Assembly (NCBI GenBank): GCA_963781885.1
Contig: CAWAHW010000002.1
Location: 1,024,001 to 1,088,000 of the forward strand
Length of the DNA: 64,000 nt
Origin: an uncultured Spirochaetota bacterium
GTDB taxonomy: Bacteria > Spirochaetota > Spirochaetia > SZUA-6 > Fen-1364
Direction of reading: 5' to 3'
In this document: positions 1-9,627 of the stretch, piece by piece
Layout: the number at the start of each line of letters is the position of its first letter
Position numbering within the stretch: the stretch's first letter is position 1
Made by a program: the position numbers and the translations under genes
The notes under the pieces: model-generated
What the model saw: only the letters and a program-made list of their open reading frames with translations
Told to the model about the DNA's origin: nothing
The model's database searches: none

Positions 1-1
1 G

Positions 2-379
2 GTGCCGCGGGGCCTCATGGGAAGCTGGACGTCGTTTGGTGACGGCGACGTGGGGATCTGGAGCGGCTCCACGGTCAAGGACCAGGCGTGGAAGTTCCTC
101 GCCTTCCTCGGGACCGCGGAGAACAATGCGCTGTGGCAGAAGGCCTCGGGGCAGGTGTCCATCAACATCTCCAACGGCCAGACCAAGGAAGCGGCATCCA
201 ATCGTTTCATGAAAGCGACGGTGGACTCAGCCGCTTTCGCGCAGATCCTGCCGGCGGTGCCCGCCGTCAACGACTTTGTCGGTACCGTGTGGCCGGCGAC
301 CATGCAGCGGGCATTCATGGGCGAGATCACCAGCGAACAGATGATGAAGACCTTCGAGGACCTCTTCTTCAAGAAGTAG
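2..379 (+). CDS. Carbohydrate ABC transporter substrate-binding protein, C-terminal part (truncated by window edge)
   Basis: Typical SBP C-terminus (KDQAWKFLAFL...AFMGEITSEQMM), directly upstream of two sugar permeases. Confidence 0.8.
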   Translation: MPRGLMGSWTSFGDGDVGIWSGSTVKDQAWKFLAFLGTAENNALWQKASGQVSINISNGQTKEAASNRFMKATVDSAAFAQILPAVPAVNDFVGTVWPATMQRAFMGEITSEQMMKTFEDLFFKK

Positions 380-389
380 AGGTTTCACC

Positions 390-416
390 GGGGGCGCTTG
401 TCTCACGAGCGCCCCC
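390..416 (+). terminator. GC-rich hairpin after the SBP gene (partial terminator or mRNA stabiliser)
   Basis: GGGGGCGCTTG-TCTCA-CGAGCGCCCCC inverted repeat. Confidence 0.6.
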
Positions 417-441
417 TTGTCTGTTCCGAAAGGGAAGACGC

Positions 442-1332
442 GTGCGCAATCCCCGCACACGGACCGCTATCCTGCCGTACGTCCTCCTCTCTCCCGCGGT
501 CATTGCGACGCTTCTCGTCGTCTTCGTGCCCATCGTCCAGGCGGCGTCGTACAGCATGATGAACTTCATCCTCTGGAAGCCCAAGGCGAAGGGATTCATA
601 TTCCTGGGGAACTACGCGGCCCTCCTTTCGGACCCCGTGTTCTGGATCTCTCTGAAGAACAGCCTCGTGTGGATTGTGGGAGTGGTCATCCTGCAGCTCC
701 TCCTGGGTCTCGGGACCGCCCTTCTCCTGAACCGCGAGTTTCTCTGGCGCGGCGTCGCGCGGGCGCTCATCCTGATCCCCTGGGTGACGCCGAGCGTCAT
801 CACGGCGCTCATGTGGCGCTGGATGTACGACGGGAACGCCGGTGTCATCAACGACCTCCTGGTCCGTGTCGGCATCCTGCACGAATACTTTCCGTTCCTT
901 GCGAATGGGAAGACCGCGCTGCCCGCAATCATGGTTGCCCTCATGTGGCAAGGCTTCCCCTTTTTCGCCATCATGATCCTTGCGGGCCTTCAGGCCATTC
1001 CCCTGGAGCTCTACGAGGCGGCCGAGGTGGATGGCGCTGGACCGGGGCGCAAGTTTCTGCGCATCACACTGCCGATGCTCGTGCCGGTGCTGCTCACCGC
1101 AATACTCCTGCGGATCATCTGGGTGGCAAACTCCCTGGACATCATCTTCATCATGACGGAGGGCGGGCCCGGCTACTCCACCTATACGCTGCCCCTGTAC
1201 TCCTACCTCAAGGCGTACAAGGGCATGGACTTCGGCTACGCCTCCGCGCTCGCCGTCATGATCACGATCCTCCTCGCCGTCGTGGTGGCCTTCTACGTTG
1301 CGCGGACCGTCCGCTCGGAGGACCAGCTGTGA
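442..1332 (+). CDS. Carbohydrate ABC transporter permease (MalF/UgpA-like)
   Basis: EAA motif LYEAAEVDGAG and six hydrophobic segments; GTG start at 442 behind AGGGA. Confidence 0.9.
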   Translation: MRNPRTRTAILPYVLLSPAVIATLLVVFVPIVQAASYSMMNFILWKPKAKGFIFLGNYAALLSDPVFWISLKNSLVWIVGVVILQLLLGLGTALLLNREFLWRGVARALILIPWVTPSVITALMWRWMYDGNAGVINDLLVRVGILHEYFPFLANGKTALPAIMVALMWQGFPFFAIMILAGLQAIPLELYEAAEVDGAGPGRKFLRITLPMLVPVLLTAILLRIIWVANSLDIIFIMTEGGPGYSTYTLPLYSYLKAYKGMDFGYASALAVMITILLAVVVAFYVARTVRSEDQL

Positions 1333-2165
1333 AGGCCGAACGCTCGTTCCTTCGAAGGCTTTTCACGCTCCATCTGCCGCTGCTGCTCATCCTTGCCTTC
1401 GCGCTCGGGCCCTACATCTGGAGCTTTCTCACCGCAATCACCCCCGAGGCGGAGCTCGACGTGAAAGGGGTTTCCTATTTCCCCGAGCATCCGACCACGA
1501 TCAACTTCCAGCGCCTCTTCGGCGCCATCAATTTCCTCGCCAACATGCGCGACAGCTTCATCGTGTCCGCCTCCACGATGGTCGTGGGCCTGGGGATCAC
1601 AATCACCGCCGCCTACGCGTTCTCCCGATTCCGTTTTCGCGGCAGGGGCTTCTTTCTCGTCCAGTTCCTCGCGATCAACATGTTCCCCGTGGTGCTCCTC
1701 CTCATCCCCCTGTTCATGATCGCGAAGGTGGTGGGGATCATGGACCACTACATCGCGCTCGTCATTGCCTACTCCACCTTCACCATCCCTTTCTCGGTCT
1801 GGATGATGACGGGCTTCTTCAACGCGATACCTCGCGAGCTGGACGAAGCGGCCCAGATCGACGGATGCACGCAAGTCTCGGCCATGTGGCGCGTGATCAT
1901 CCCGGTGGCGAGGCCGGGCATCGCGGCGACCGGCATCTACGTCTTCATCACGGCCTGGAACGAGTTCCTCTACGCGGTGATGCTCACCAGCCGGCACGTG
2001 CGCACCATCACCGTCGCGCTGCAGAACATGATCGGCGAGTACAAGATCGAGTGGGGTCTTCTCAACGCCGGCGGGGTGGTGAGCGCCTTGCCGGTGCTCA
2101 TCCTCTTCTTCTTTGTCCAGAAACAGCTCATTCACGGGATGACCGCAGGGTCGGTCAAAGGATAG
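1329..2165 (+). CDS. Carbohydrate ABC transporter permease (MalG/UgpE-like)
   Basis: ELDEAAQIDGC EAA loop, WNEF motif, GSVKG end; GTGA overlap with the previous stop. Confidence 0.9.
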   Translation: MKAERSFLRRLFTLHLPLLLILAFALGPYIWSFLTAITPEAELDVKGVSYFPEHPTTINFQRLFGAINFLANMRDSFIVSASTMVVGLGITITAAYAFSRFRFRGRGFFLVQFLAINMFPVVLLLIPLFMIAKVVGIMDHYIALVIAYSTFTIPFSVWMMTGFFNAIPRELDEAAQIDGCTQVSAMWRVIIPVARPGIAATGIYVFITAWNEFLYAVMLTSRHVRTITVALQNMIGEYKIEWGLLNAGGVVSALPVLILFFFVQKQLIHGMTAGSVKG

Positions 2166-2173
2166 GGGCGCTC

Positions 2174-2593
2174 ATGCAGGGAAGCTACACCAGGGAGCAC
2201 GACGGCGAGGGGTTGGCGCGCGTCTACGAGAACGGGGCATGGATGGTAGGGCTCAAGAACTACAAGCCCGCCAACGACGCACGCCTCTTCAATGAGATCG
2301 AGCGCCACCGGCAGAGCGACGAGCTGTTTCTCCTCCTCGCGGGCTCCTGCGTGCTGCTCTCCGCTTTCGAGCAGAACGGTGCGCTCAACTTCGAGGCGCA
2401 GGCCATGCGCGCCGGCCTCCTGTCGGTGATCCCGGCGGGGCTCTGGCACACGACCATCACGGAGCCCGGCTCACGGCTTGCCCTCATTGAGGACCCGAAT
2501 ACCGGACCCGCCAACAGCGACGTGCGCGTGCTCTCCGCCGCGGAGCTGGAGCTCGCGCGGAAGGCGATCGCCGCGGCAGCCGGACGGACGTAA
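2174..2593 (+). CDS. Cupin-fold protein (ureidoglycolate lyase / sugar isomerase-like)
   Basis: ERH..SDELF and IPAGLWH cupin metal motifs; ATG at 2174. Confidence 0.7.
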   Translation: MQGSYTREHDGEGLARVYENGAWMVGLKNYKPANDARLFNEIERHRQSDELFLLLAGSCVLLSAFEQNGALNFEAQAMRAGLLSVIPAGLWHTTITEPGSRLALIEDPNTGPANSDVRVLSAAELELARKAIAAAAGRT

Positions 2594-2673
2594 TCGCATC
2601 ATCTTCTTTCGGTAGGCGGCTCATCGATGATTTGAACGATCGGACGTCGTGGGTCGGCTATTGAGGAAATAGA

Positions 2674-2759
2674 TGCCGGAGACGGGGGTCGAACCCGTAC
2701 GCCCCTTGCGAAGCAGAGGATTTTAAGTCCTCTGTGTCTGCCAGTTCCACCACTCCGGC
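2674..2759 (-). tRNA. tRNA-Leu(TAA)
   Basis: Reverse complement GCCGGAGTGGTGGAACTGGCAGAC...GAGGA-CTTAAAA-TCCTC, long variable arm, GTTCGAC T-loop; CCA not encoded. Confidence 0.95.
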
Positions 2760-2761
2760 CT

Positions 2762-3022
2762 TCCACGGTACCCGTGGAGTTCATTGATGCGAAGGCTCGG
2801 CCGCCATGGAGGGCGGCAGGCCGAGCAGGCCTTCCTCGGGCCTCGTTTCGTGCATCCGCGGCCACCGACCCGGTGGCATTCCATGCACTCCTCGGCCCTC
2901 GCCATCCATGACGAGGGTACCCCGCGGAGCTCAAGGACGAACGCGAGGCGCGTTCCTCAGTCGGTCCTTCCCTGCGCGGGTGGAGGCGCGGGCCTTCCGC
3001 GTTGGGCGTGGCCTTTCCACGC
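2762..3022. repeat. Cluster of GC-rich palindromes (REP-like or structured leader) upstream of tRNA-Leu
   Basis: CCACGG-TAC-CCGTGG, GCCACCG-ACC-CGGTGGC, CCCTCG..CGAGGG, GGCGTGG..CCACGCC hairpins; several with CATGGA cores. Confidence 0.5.
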
Positions 3023-3109
3023 CGATTTTCGAAAAAAGCGTATCGTTTTGCCGCCCGTCGAGTCAAGACAATCAGGTCGGGAGCCGAACATAGACTGAGG
3101 ATTTTCCCG

Positions 3110-3943
3110 ATGATGGGCAGGCTTGCACATGCATGTTTCCTCACTTTTTTCCTGATGGCCGCAACAGGTCTGTTTGCGGCGGACGCGGAGTACACGATCA
3201 AAGAGGGCGACACGCTCTTTTCGGTCGCGCGCAGGCTGCAAGTCCCCGTGGATCTCCTGAGCAGAATGAATGGCATCACGGATGCCGGGAGGGTGAAGGC
3301 AGGCACCGTGCTGAAGGTTCCCCTGGTCTACACGGTGAAGAAGGGCGACACGCTGTACGGCATCGCTCGTCAATTCTCCATCTCCCTCGCGAGCCTGATG
3401 GACGCGAACGGCTTTGCGGAACAGGCAAAATTGAAGGTGGGCGAGAAGCTTTCCATCCCCGCAGCGGGGGAAAGCGCGCCTTCCGTCGATCAGCAGGCAA
3501 CGGGCGGAAATCCGCCACCGGTCGTCTCCGCCCCCCCGGCAGGGACGGATGCGGCCCCTGTCGCGCGCGTGGCTGGGAGCTTTGTCTGGCCGCTCACCGG
3601 CAAGCGCGAGCCGGAGAGCGGCAAGCTGCCGGGGATTGTTTTTTACGGCGCCGCGGGAGACGTCGTGCACTCCGCCACCGCCGGGGAGGTCAAGTGGGCG
3701 GCGACATTCTGGGGCCGCGGGAAGATCATCATCGTCAAACAGGCTGACGGGACGCTGCTCACGTACAGCGGGAATCGGGAGATCCTCGTGAACGTCGGCG
3801 ACCGCGTCAGCGCGGGAAGCGAGATTGCGCGGCTGGGAGACAGCCCCGAGGGAGGGGGCGTGAGGCTGCACCTCAGCATCCAGGACGCGAGCGGGCATGT
3901 CGTGGATCCGGAGAAGTACTTCTCCGCGAAGAGTTCGTCATGA
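3110..3943 (+). CDS. LysM x2 plus M23-like envelope protein (NlpD-like)
   Basis: Signal peptide; two YT(I/V)K.GDTL LysM repeats; FVWPL and VNVGDRV.AG..IA M23 fold; Zn ligands look degenerate. Confidence 0.85.
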   Translation: MMGRLAHACFLTFFLMAATGLFAADAEYTIKEGDTLFSVARRLQVPVDLLSRMNGITDAGRVKAGTVLKVPLVYTVKKGDTLYGIARQFSISLASLMDANGFAEQAKLKVGEKLSIPAAGESAPSVDQQATGGNPPPVVSAPPAGTDAAPVARVAGSFVWPLTGKREPESGKLPGIVFYGAAGDVVHSATAGEVKWAATFWGRGKIIIVKQADGTLLTYSGNREILVNVGDRVSAGSEIARLGDSPEGGGVRLHLSIQDASGHVVDPEKYFSAKSSS

Positions 3944-3953
3944 AAGGGTGTAT

Positions 3954-5039
3954 ATGGGAAGGCACCTCGAAAAGCAAAGGGCAGGAAGCCCACCGCGGGC
4001 GGGTTCGGGAATAAGAACTTCCTCCTCCGACGTCGAGCCGGCGGATCATCGCCTGGGCGGCTACCGGGAAAGCACCGCCGCAATCATGGACGGCCCGCGC
4101 CAAGTCGACGCTGCCGAAGAGAAGGACCTCCTCGCCCTCTACATCCGCCAGATCGCCCGCTATCCCCTCCTCACGGGACAGGACGAGCAGGCCATCGGCG
4201 CTGCGATCCAGGCCGCGCGCGACGAGCTTGCCGGTCTGGAGGCCAAGGCGGCCGCCTGCAAGGTGCCGCGCAGATCGTACCTCCGGCGAAAAGCGGAGAT
4301 GGAGCACGAGATCGGCCAGCAAAAGAACCGGCTGATCCTGGGCAATCTGCGGCTCGTGGTCTCCGTGGCGAAAAAATACCAGCATCGCGGCGTCTCCCTG
4401 CTTGACCTCATCGATGAGGGCAATATCGGGCTTATCGAGGCAGTCGAGCGGTTCGACTACCGCAAGGGCTGCCGGTTTTCGACGTACGGAACCTGGTGGA
4501 TCAAGCAGGCGGTGATCAAGGCGCTCGCGGAGAACGGGAAGGCCATCAAGATCCCGATCCACCTCCTCAACACGATCAAGAAATGCTTCTCCATTGCGCG
4601 CCAGCTCACCCAGGAGCTTGGCCGTGAGCCCAGCAACGCGGAGATCGCGGATTACCTGCGCATTTCCAAGACCCGGGTGGAGGAGCTCATCAGCCTGTCA
4701 TGGGACCCGACCTCCCTGGACACGCCGATCGCCGGGGAAAACCCGACGCGGCTTGCCGACCTCATCCGTGACGACATGTCGGAGAAGCCATTCGAGTCAG
4801 CCTTTGCCCTGGCCCTCCACGATACCCTCATGATGGTCCTGGACAAGCTGAACGAGCGGGAGATGCGCATCATCAAGCTGCGTTTCGGATTGGACGGGGA
4901 GGGGCCTTTCACGCTGGAGGAGACGGGGAAAATACTCGGCATCACCCGGGAACGGGTCCGCCAGATCCAGGAGCGGGCCATCGTGAAGCTCAAACAGCTG
5001 CGCGTGTCGAGCGAGCTTGAAACATTCATCCAGGAATGA
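3954..5039 (+). CDS. RNA polymerase sigma-70 factor, RpoD/RpoS family (no region 1.1)
   Basis: [41 protein letters not shown]; start could also be 4086. Confidence 0.9.
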   Translation: MGRHLEKQRAGSPPRAGSGIRTSSSDVEPADHRLGGYRESTAAIMDGPRQVDAAEEKDLLALYIRQIARYPLLTGQDEQAIGAAIQAARDELAGLEAKAAACKVPRRSYLRRKAEMEHEIGQQKNRLILGNLRLVVSVAKKYQHRGVSLLDLIDEGNIGLIEAVERFDYRKGCRFSTYGTWWIKQAVIKALAENGKAIKIPIHLLNTIKKCFSIARQLTQELGREPSNAEIADYLRISKTRVEELISLSWDPTSLDTPIAGENPTRLADLIRDDMSEKPFESAFALALHDTLMMVLDKLNEREMRIIKLRFGLDGEGPFTLEETGKILGITRERVRQIQERAIVKLKQLRVSSELETFIQE

Positions 5040-5118
5040 TGCGCCCGTCGAACGGCGGCAACCTTGACACGGGGTGGGACCGCTTCTACAATAGCTTCGG
5101 TTATACGAAGGAAGATGC

Positions 5119-6354
5119 ATGCTCACCACCTACTCCTTGAGCGGTCTCACCGTGGTCACGCCCGCTTCCGCGCTGCCCGGCAGCAGCATCCAGGTGGACC
5201 AGAAAAAGCTGGGGCGCCTGGAGGGGAAAAGCAAATTTGACCTTCGCTTCGGGGACGGTTTCGTCGCCTTCCCCGCTCTTATCAATATTCACGATCACTT
5301 CAACGGCAACTACCTTCCAAAAGTAGGCCCCCCACCCGGGGAGTTCTACATCAACTGGGCAACCTGGGACCGGGATCTGAAGAACTCCGACGTGATCAAG
5401 GTGGAGCGCGCCCGCACGAGCGTGGAGGAAAGGTATTTCCTCAGCGCCTACAAGAACATCTTCTCCGGCGTCGTGACGGCCAACGACCATTTCCCGCACG
5501 AATACAACGAGCCCTTGATACCGCGGCTGCCCATGAGGACGATCAGGAACTACACGCTGTCGCACGCCTGCTCGTCGTTCGACCTGCGGTGGGGCGACGG
5601 ATTCGAGATCGAGCACGCGCGCGCGAAAAAGATGAACTTCCCCTTCATCACGCACCTGGAGGAGGGCTTTGACCCGGAGACCCAGGGGGGCATCGAAACG
5701 CTGGAGGCGTCGGGCTGCCTCGACGATCACACGGTGATGATCCACTGCATCGGCTTCTCCGATGAGGACATCGTGAAGGTCGCCCGGGCGGGGGCGCACG
5801 TGGCGTGGTGCGCGAACTCGAATATCTTCATGTTCAACGTCACCTGCAAGATCAAGAAGATGCTCGAGGCGGGCGTCAACGTCTCCATCGGCACGGATTC
5901 AACGGCCACGGGTTCCGTCAACATCCTGGAGGAGATGCGGTTCGACCGGGAAACCTACCGCAGCATGTACGGAGAAGACCTCGCGGCACGGACGCTCGTC
6001 GACATGGTGACCGTCAATCCGGCAAAGGCGTTTCGGATGCAGAAGGAAACGGGGAGCCTGGTGGAAGGGAAGCTCGCCGACATCCTCATCATCCGCCAGC
6101 AGAAGGACGATCCGTGGGAATCGCTCCTGGCGACCCTGCCGGAGGACATCGAGCTGCTCGTGCAGGACGGGTCGCCGCTGTACGGGAGCGCCGCGCATGA
6201 GGCCCTTTTTACCGAACGCGGCGTCGCCTTCACAAAAATCACCGTCCGGGGCCGCCCGATGCTGGTCAAGGGCGATCCCGCGGGCCTGATGGAGCGCGTG
6301 CGCAAGGCCGTCGGCTTCCGCAAGGTCCTTGACTTCATCCCCCTGGATACCTAG
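5119..6354 (+). CDS. Amidohydrolase superfamily metalloenzyme (deaminase-like)
   Basis: INIHDH, THLEEG, IHC, IGTDS motifs and GSLVEGKLADI C-terminus. Confidence 0.85.
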   Translation: MLTTYSLSGLTVVTPASALPGSSIQVDQKKLGRLEGKSKFDLRFGDGFVAFPALINIHDHFNGNYLPKVGPPPGEFYINWATWDRDLKNSDVIKVERARTSVEERYFLSAYKNIFSGVVTANDHFPHEYNEPLIPRLPMRTIRNYTLSHACSSFDLRWGDGFEIEHARAKKMNFPFITHLEEGFDPETQGGIETLEASGCLDDHTVMIHCIGFSDEDIVKVARAGAHVAWCANSNIFMFNVTCKIKKMLEAGVNVSIGTDSTATGSVNILEEMRFDRETYRSMYGEDLAARTLVDMVTVNPAKAFRMQKETGSLVEGKLADILIIRQQKDDPWESLLATLPEDIELLVQDGSPLYGSAAHEALFTERGVAFTKITVRGRPMLVKGDPAGLMERVRKAVGFRKVLDFIPLDT

Positions 6355-6378
6355 GGTTCACTGAGGAGCGGACGGAAA

Positions 6379-7416
6379 GTGTCGCCCAAGGCCGTACAAT
6401 ACCGAGCCAACTCGATCATCTACTTCAAGGGGGACCAGAGCGAACGCATCTTCCTCCTGAACTCGGGGAAGGTCAGCCTGAGCTACGTCGACATCGAGAC
6501 GGGCCAGGAAATACGCGACATGATCAAGATGGGCGAGTTCTTCGGCGTCAAGTCGGCCCTCGGGCGCTACATGCGGGAAGAGACGGCGGTCGTCCAGCAG
6601 GACGCCACGGTCATGGTCTTCTCAGTTCCCGAGTTCGAGCAGCTGGCATCCAAGAACACGCGCATCATCACGAAGATGCTGAAGGTGTTTTCCAACCAGC
6701 TCCGCCGCATCCACCGGCAGGTCCAGAACCTCATGGTCTCCGACGAGCAGGTCAACCCCGAGACGGGCCTCTACAAGATCGGGGAATACTACCTGGCGAA
6801 CAAGCGCTACGGGCAGGCCCTGCACGCCTATAAGCGTTATCTCGTGTACTACCCGTCCGGGACGTATGCCACGGATGCCGCCAACAAGCTCGCCCAGGCG
6901 GAGGAATTCCTTTCCCGCTATGGGTCGGGCGTCCCCGCGAGCTCCGCCGCGCCGGTTGCGCCATCCGGCGCCGCTCCCGCGCGTTCTGTCGCCCCCGCAC
7001 CGCAGCCGGCCGCCGGCGGAGACACGTCGGACGTTGCCCAGCAGTACTACAACGCCGTGAGTCTCGTGAGCCAGGAGAAGTACCTGGATGCCTTCAAGGC
7101 GTTCAAGAAGATACTGGAGGGCGGGCCGGATGCGGAGTACTCCGCGAAGACCGAGTTCGAGATGGCGAAGTGCCTCTTTTACCTGAAGCAATACGACAAC
7201 TGCATCAAGTCCTTCACCGCGATCGCCCAGAAGTTCCCCAAGCATCCCGAGATGAAGGACGCCCTGTTCTTCGTCGGCCGCTCCTACGAGGAGAAAGGGG
7301 ACAAGGGGAAGGCCGCGGGACTCTACAAGAAGATCATCAGCATGGGCCCTGAGGACGATCCGGTGATCCGCAAGGTGCGCAAGGCTTTGCGCACGATGGA
7401 AGGTGAGAAGGGATGA
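6379..7416 (+). CDS. Cyclic-nucleotide-binding domain plus TPR protein
   Basis: IIYFKGD..IFLLNSGKV..GEFFG N-terminal CNB domain; TPR helices with YP and FP..H motifs. Confidence 0.85.
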   Translation: MSPKAVQYRANSIIYFKGDQSERIFLLNSGKVSLSYVDIETGQEIRDMIKMGEFFGVKSALGRYMREETAVVQQDATVMVFSVPEFEQLASKNTRIITKMLKVFSNQLRRIHRQVQNLMVSDEQVNPETGLYKIGEYYLANKRYGQALHAYKRYLVYYPSGTYATDAANKLAQAEEFLSRYGSGVPASSAAPVAPSGAAPARSVAPAPQPAAGGDTSDVAQQYYNAVSLVSQEKYLDAFKAFKKILEGGPDAEYSAKTEFEMAKCLFYLKQYDNCIKSFTAIAQKFPKHPEMKDALFFVGRSYEEKGDKGKAAGLYKKIISMGPEDDPVIRKVRKALRTMEGEKG

Positions 7417-8071
7417 GCGTGTCCTCGGGCCCCGATCTTTCGATGTTCAACCGGTTCTCCAAGATGTTCCGCAAGGGCGACATCATATTCTGCGAGTACG
7501 AGCCCGGCGACACCTTCTACCTCATCCAGTCTGGACGGGTGCAGATCGTGCGGATCATCGGGGACCTGGAAAAGAACATCGACATCCTCAACCCCACAGA
7601 GATATTCGGCGAGATGGCCATCCTGGAGGAAGCGCCGCGTTCCGCCACCGCCGTCGCGCTCGACGACGTGAAGGCGCTGGAGTTCAACAGGGAGAATTTC
7701 GAGGTCCTCATGATGGGCAACCCGCAGATCGCGATGAAGCTCCTGAAGCTCTTCATCAAGCGCATCTACGACCAGAAGAGGCGTTTCCTGATCCTCACGC
7801 TGGACGACGTCGAAGCGAAGGTCGCGGACGTCTTCCTGATGCTTGCGGAGAACCAATCGGTGGACACTTCCACGGTGGATTCCATCGATTTCAAGAGCTC
7901 CGTGGATGACATGTCCCACTGGGCGGGAATTCCCCCGGCCAATGCCGGGAGGTGCTCAACCATTTCGTGGCCCAGCGCCGCATCGAGCTGTACCCGGACA
8001 GGATCGTCGTCAAGAACATCAACGATTTCGCGCGTTTCGTGAATTCGCGGCGCAAGCAGAAAGAGAAATAG
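7413..8071 (+). CDS. Crp/Fnr family regulator (frameshift near 7940)
   Basis: FGEMAILEEAPRSATA cNMP cassette; the C-terminus continues in another frame as CREVLNHFVAQRRIELYPDRIVVKNINDFARFV, ending at TAG 8069-8071. Confidence 0.85.
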
Positions 8072-8125
8072 GGCGTCGCGGATGCCGAAGAGCGGCATGA
8101 GGCGGTCGCCGGGAGAGGCGCCCTT

Positions 8126-8836
8126 TCAGATGCCCAGGTACGCCGACTTCACCTGTGGATTTTCCGCGATTTCCTTTGCCGAACCCGAAAGCACGATCCT
8201 GCCCGTTTCCAGCACATAGGCGCGCTGCGCGATGGAGAGGGCCATCTGGGCGTTCTGCTCGACCAGGAGAATGCTTGTCCCCTGCTTGTTGATTTCCACG
8301 ATGATCCGGAATATCTCCTCCACGAGAATGGGCGAAAGTCCCATGGACGGCTCGTCGAGAAGCAGGAGGCTGGGCTTGCTCATGAGACCGCGTGCCGTGG
8401 CGAGCATCTGCTGCTCCCCGCCGGAAAGCGTTCCCCCGTACTGCCCCGACCTTTCCCGGAGCCGCGGGAAGCTCTTGTAGACCCGCTCCAGCGTCTGCTG
8501 GATCTCCGCCGGGTCGCTGCGCGTGTAGGCGCCCATCATGAGGTTCTCCCGCACGGAGAGAGGCGCGAAAATCTTCCGTCCCTCGGGGACATGGCTGATG
8601 CCCAGGGTGACGATCTTTTCCGCCGGTCGCGTTGAGATGTCCTCGCCCTTGAAGGTGATCGCGCCGGTCCGCGACCGCAGGAGCCCGGAGAGCGTGCGCA
8701 GAGTCGTGGATTTGCCCGCGCCGTTGGCGCCGATGAGCGTGACGATCTCCCCCTCATCGACGGTGAAGGAAATGCCCTGGAGCGCGTGGATTGCCCCGTA
8801 ATAGACGTTGAGGTTCTCAACCTGCAGCTGCAGCAC
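8126..8836 (-). CDS. livF: Branched-chain amino acid ABC ATPase
   Basis: GANGAGKST, LSGGEQQM, LLLLDEPSMGL, AYLG end. Confidence 0.95.
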   Translation of the reverse strand: MLQLQVENLNVYYGAIHALQGISFTVDEGEIVTLIGANGAGKSTTLRTLSGLLRSRTGAITFKGEDISTRPAEKIVTLGISHVPEGRKIFAPLSVRENLMMGAYTRSDPAEIQQTLERVYKSFPRLRERSGQYGGTLSGGEQQMLATARGLMSKPSLLLLDEPSMGLSPILVEEIFRIIVEINKQGTSILLVEQNAQMALSIAQRAYVLETGRIVLSGSAKEIAENPQVKSAYLGI

Positions 8837-9626
8837 TGTTCGCCACTCCTTTGCCGAGGTAGGCTTCGACGACGGTCTGGTTTCCCTGTATCTCGGACGG
8901 CGTGCCCCGCGCGATGACTTCCCCGAAGTCCATGACGGTGATGTATTCGCAGACGCCCATGACGACCCGCATCTGGTGCTCGATGAGAAGGATCGTGAGC
9001 TTGAAGCGCTCCCGGATGAAATGGATGAGCTCCATCAACTCGATGATCTCCCGGGGGTTCATGCCGGCGGCAGGCTCGTCCAGCAGGAGGAGACGCGGGT
9101 TGCAGGCAAGGGCGCGCGCGATCTCCACCCTGCGCTGTTCACCGTAGGGGAGATTCTTCGCGATCTCTCCCGCAATCCCCTCGAGCTTGAAAATGGAGAG
9201 GAAATCGAAGGCCCGCTCGGTGAGCTCCGCCTCCTTCGTCGTATACCTGCGCGTCCGCAGGATGCTGTCGGAAAGGCTGTAGCCGGCATGGGGGTGGTAG
9301 GCGATGCGGACGTTGTCGAGCACCGACAGGTTGGAGAACAGCCGGATGTTCTGGAAAGTGCGCGCGATGCCGCTGCGCGTCACCTCGTGGGACTCCAGGC
9401 CGTCGATGCGGTCATTCTGGAACTTGATCAGCCCTGAGGAGAGGGTGATGAGACCCGTGATCAGGTTGAACACCGTGGTCTTGCCGGCGCCATTGGGACC
9501 GATCAAGCCCCAGAGCGCCCCCTCGGGAAGATCCAGGGAAAAGTTTTTGACGGCGCAAAGACCGCCGAAATACTTTGTCAGCTCCTCGACGTGGAGGATG
9601 ACCGGGGCCGGCGTGGTGTCTGCCAT
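8817..9626 (-). CDS. livG: Branched-chain amino acid ABC ATPase
   Basis: GPNGAGKTT, IARTFQNIRLF, LPYGEQRR, DEPAAGMN. Confidence 0.95.
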   Translation of the reverse strand: MADTTPAPVILHVEELTKYFGGLCAVKNFSLDLPEGALWGLIGPNGAGKTTVFNLITGLITLSSGLIKFQNDRIDGLESHEVTRSGIARTFQNIRLFSNLSVLDNVRIAYHPHAGYSLSDSILRTRRYTTKEAELTERAFDFLSIFKLEGIAGEIAKNLPYGEQRRVEIARALACNPRLLLLDEPAAGMNPREIIELMELIHFIRERFKLTILLIEHQMRVVMGVCEYITVMDFGEVIARGTPSEIQGNQTVVEAYLGKGVANSAAAAG

Positions 9627-9627
9627 G

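Noticed and set aside
2760-3030. RNase P, tmRNA or SRP RNA
   Set aside because: Signature strings (GAGGAAAGTCC, tRNA-like GGGG end with tag ORF, CAGG-GGAA-AGCA helix) were not found
3036-3052. Sigma54 promoter before the LysM gene
   Set aside because: TTTGC is present but the invariant -24 GG is missing
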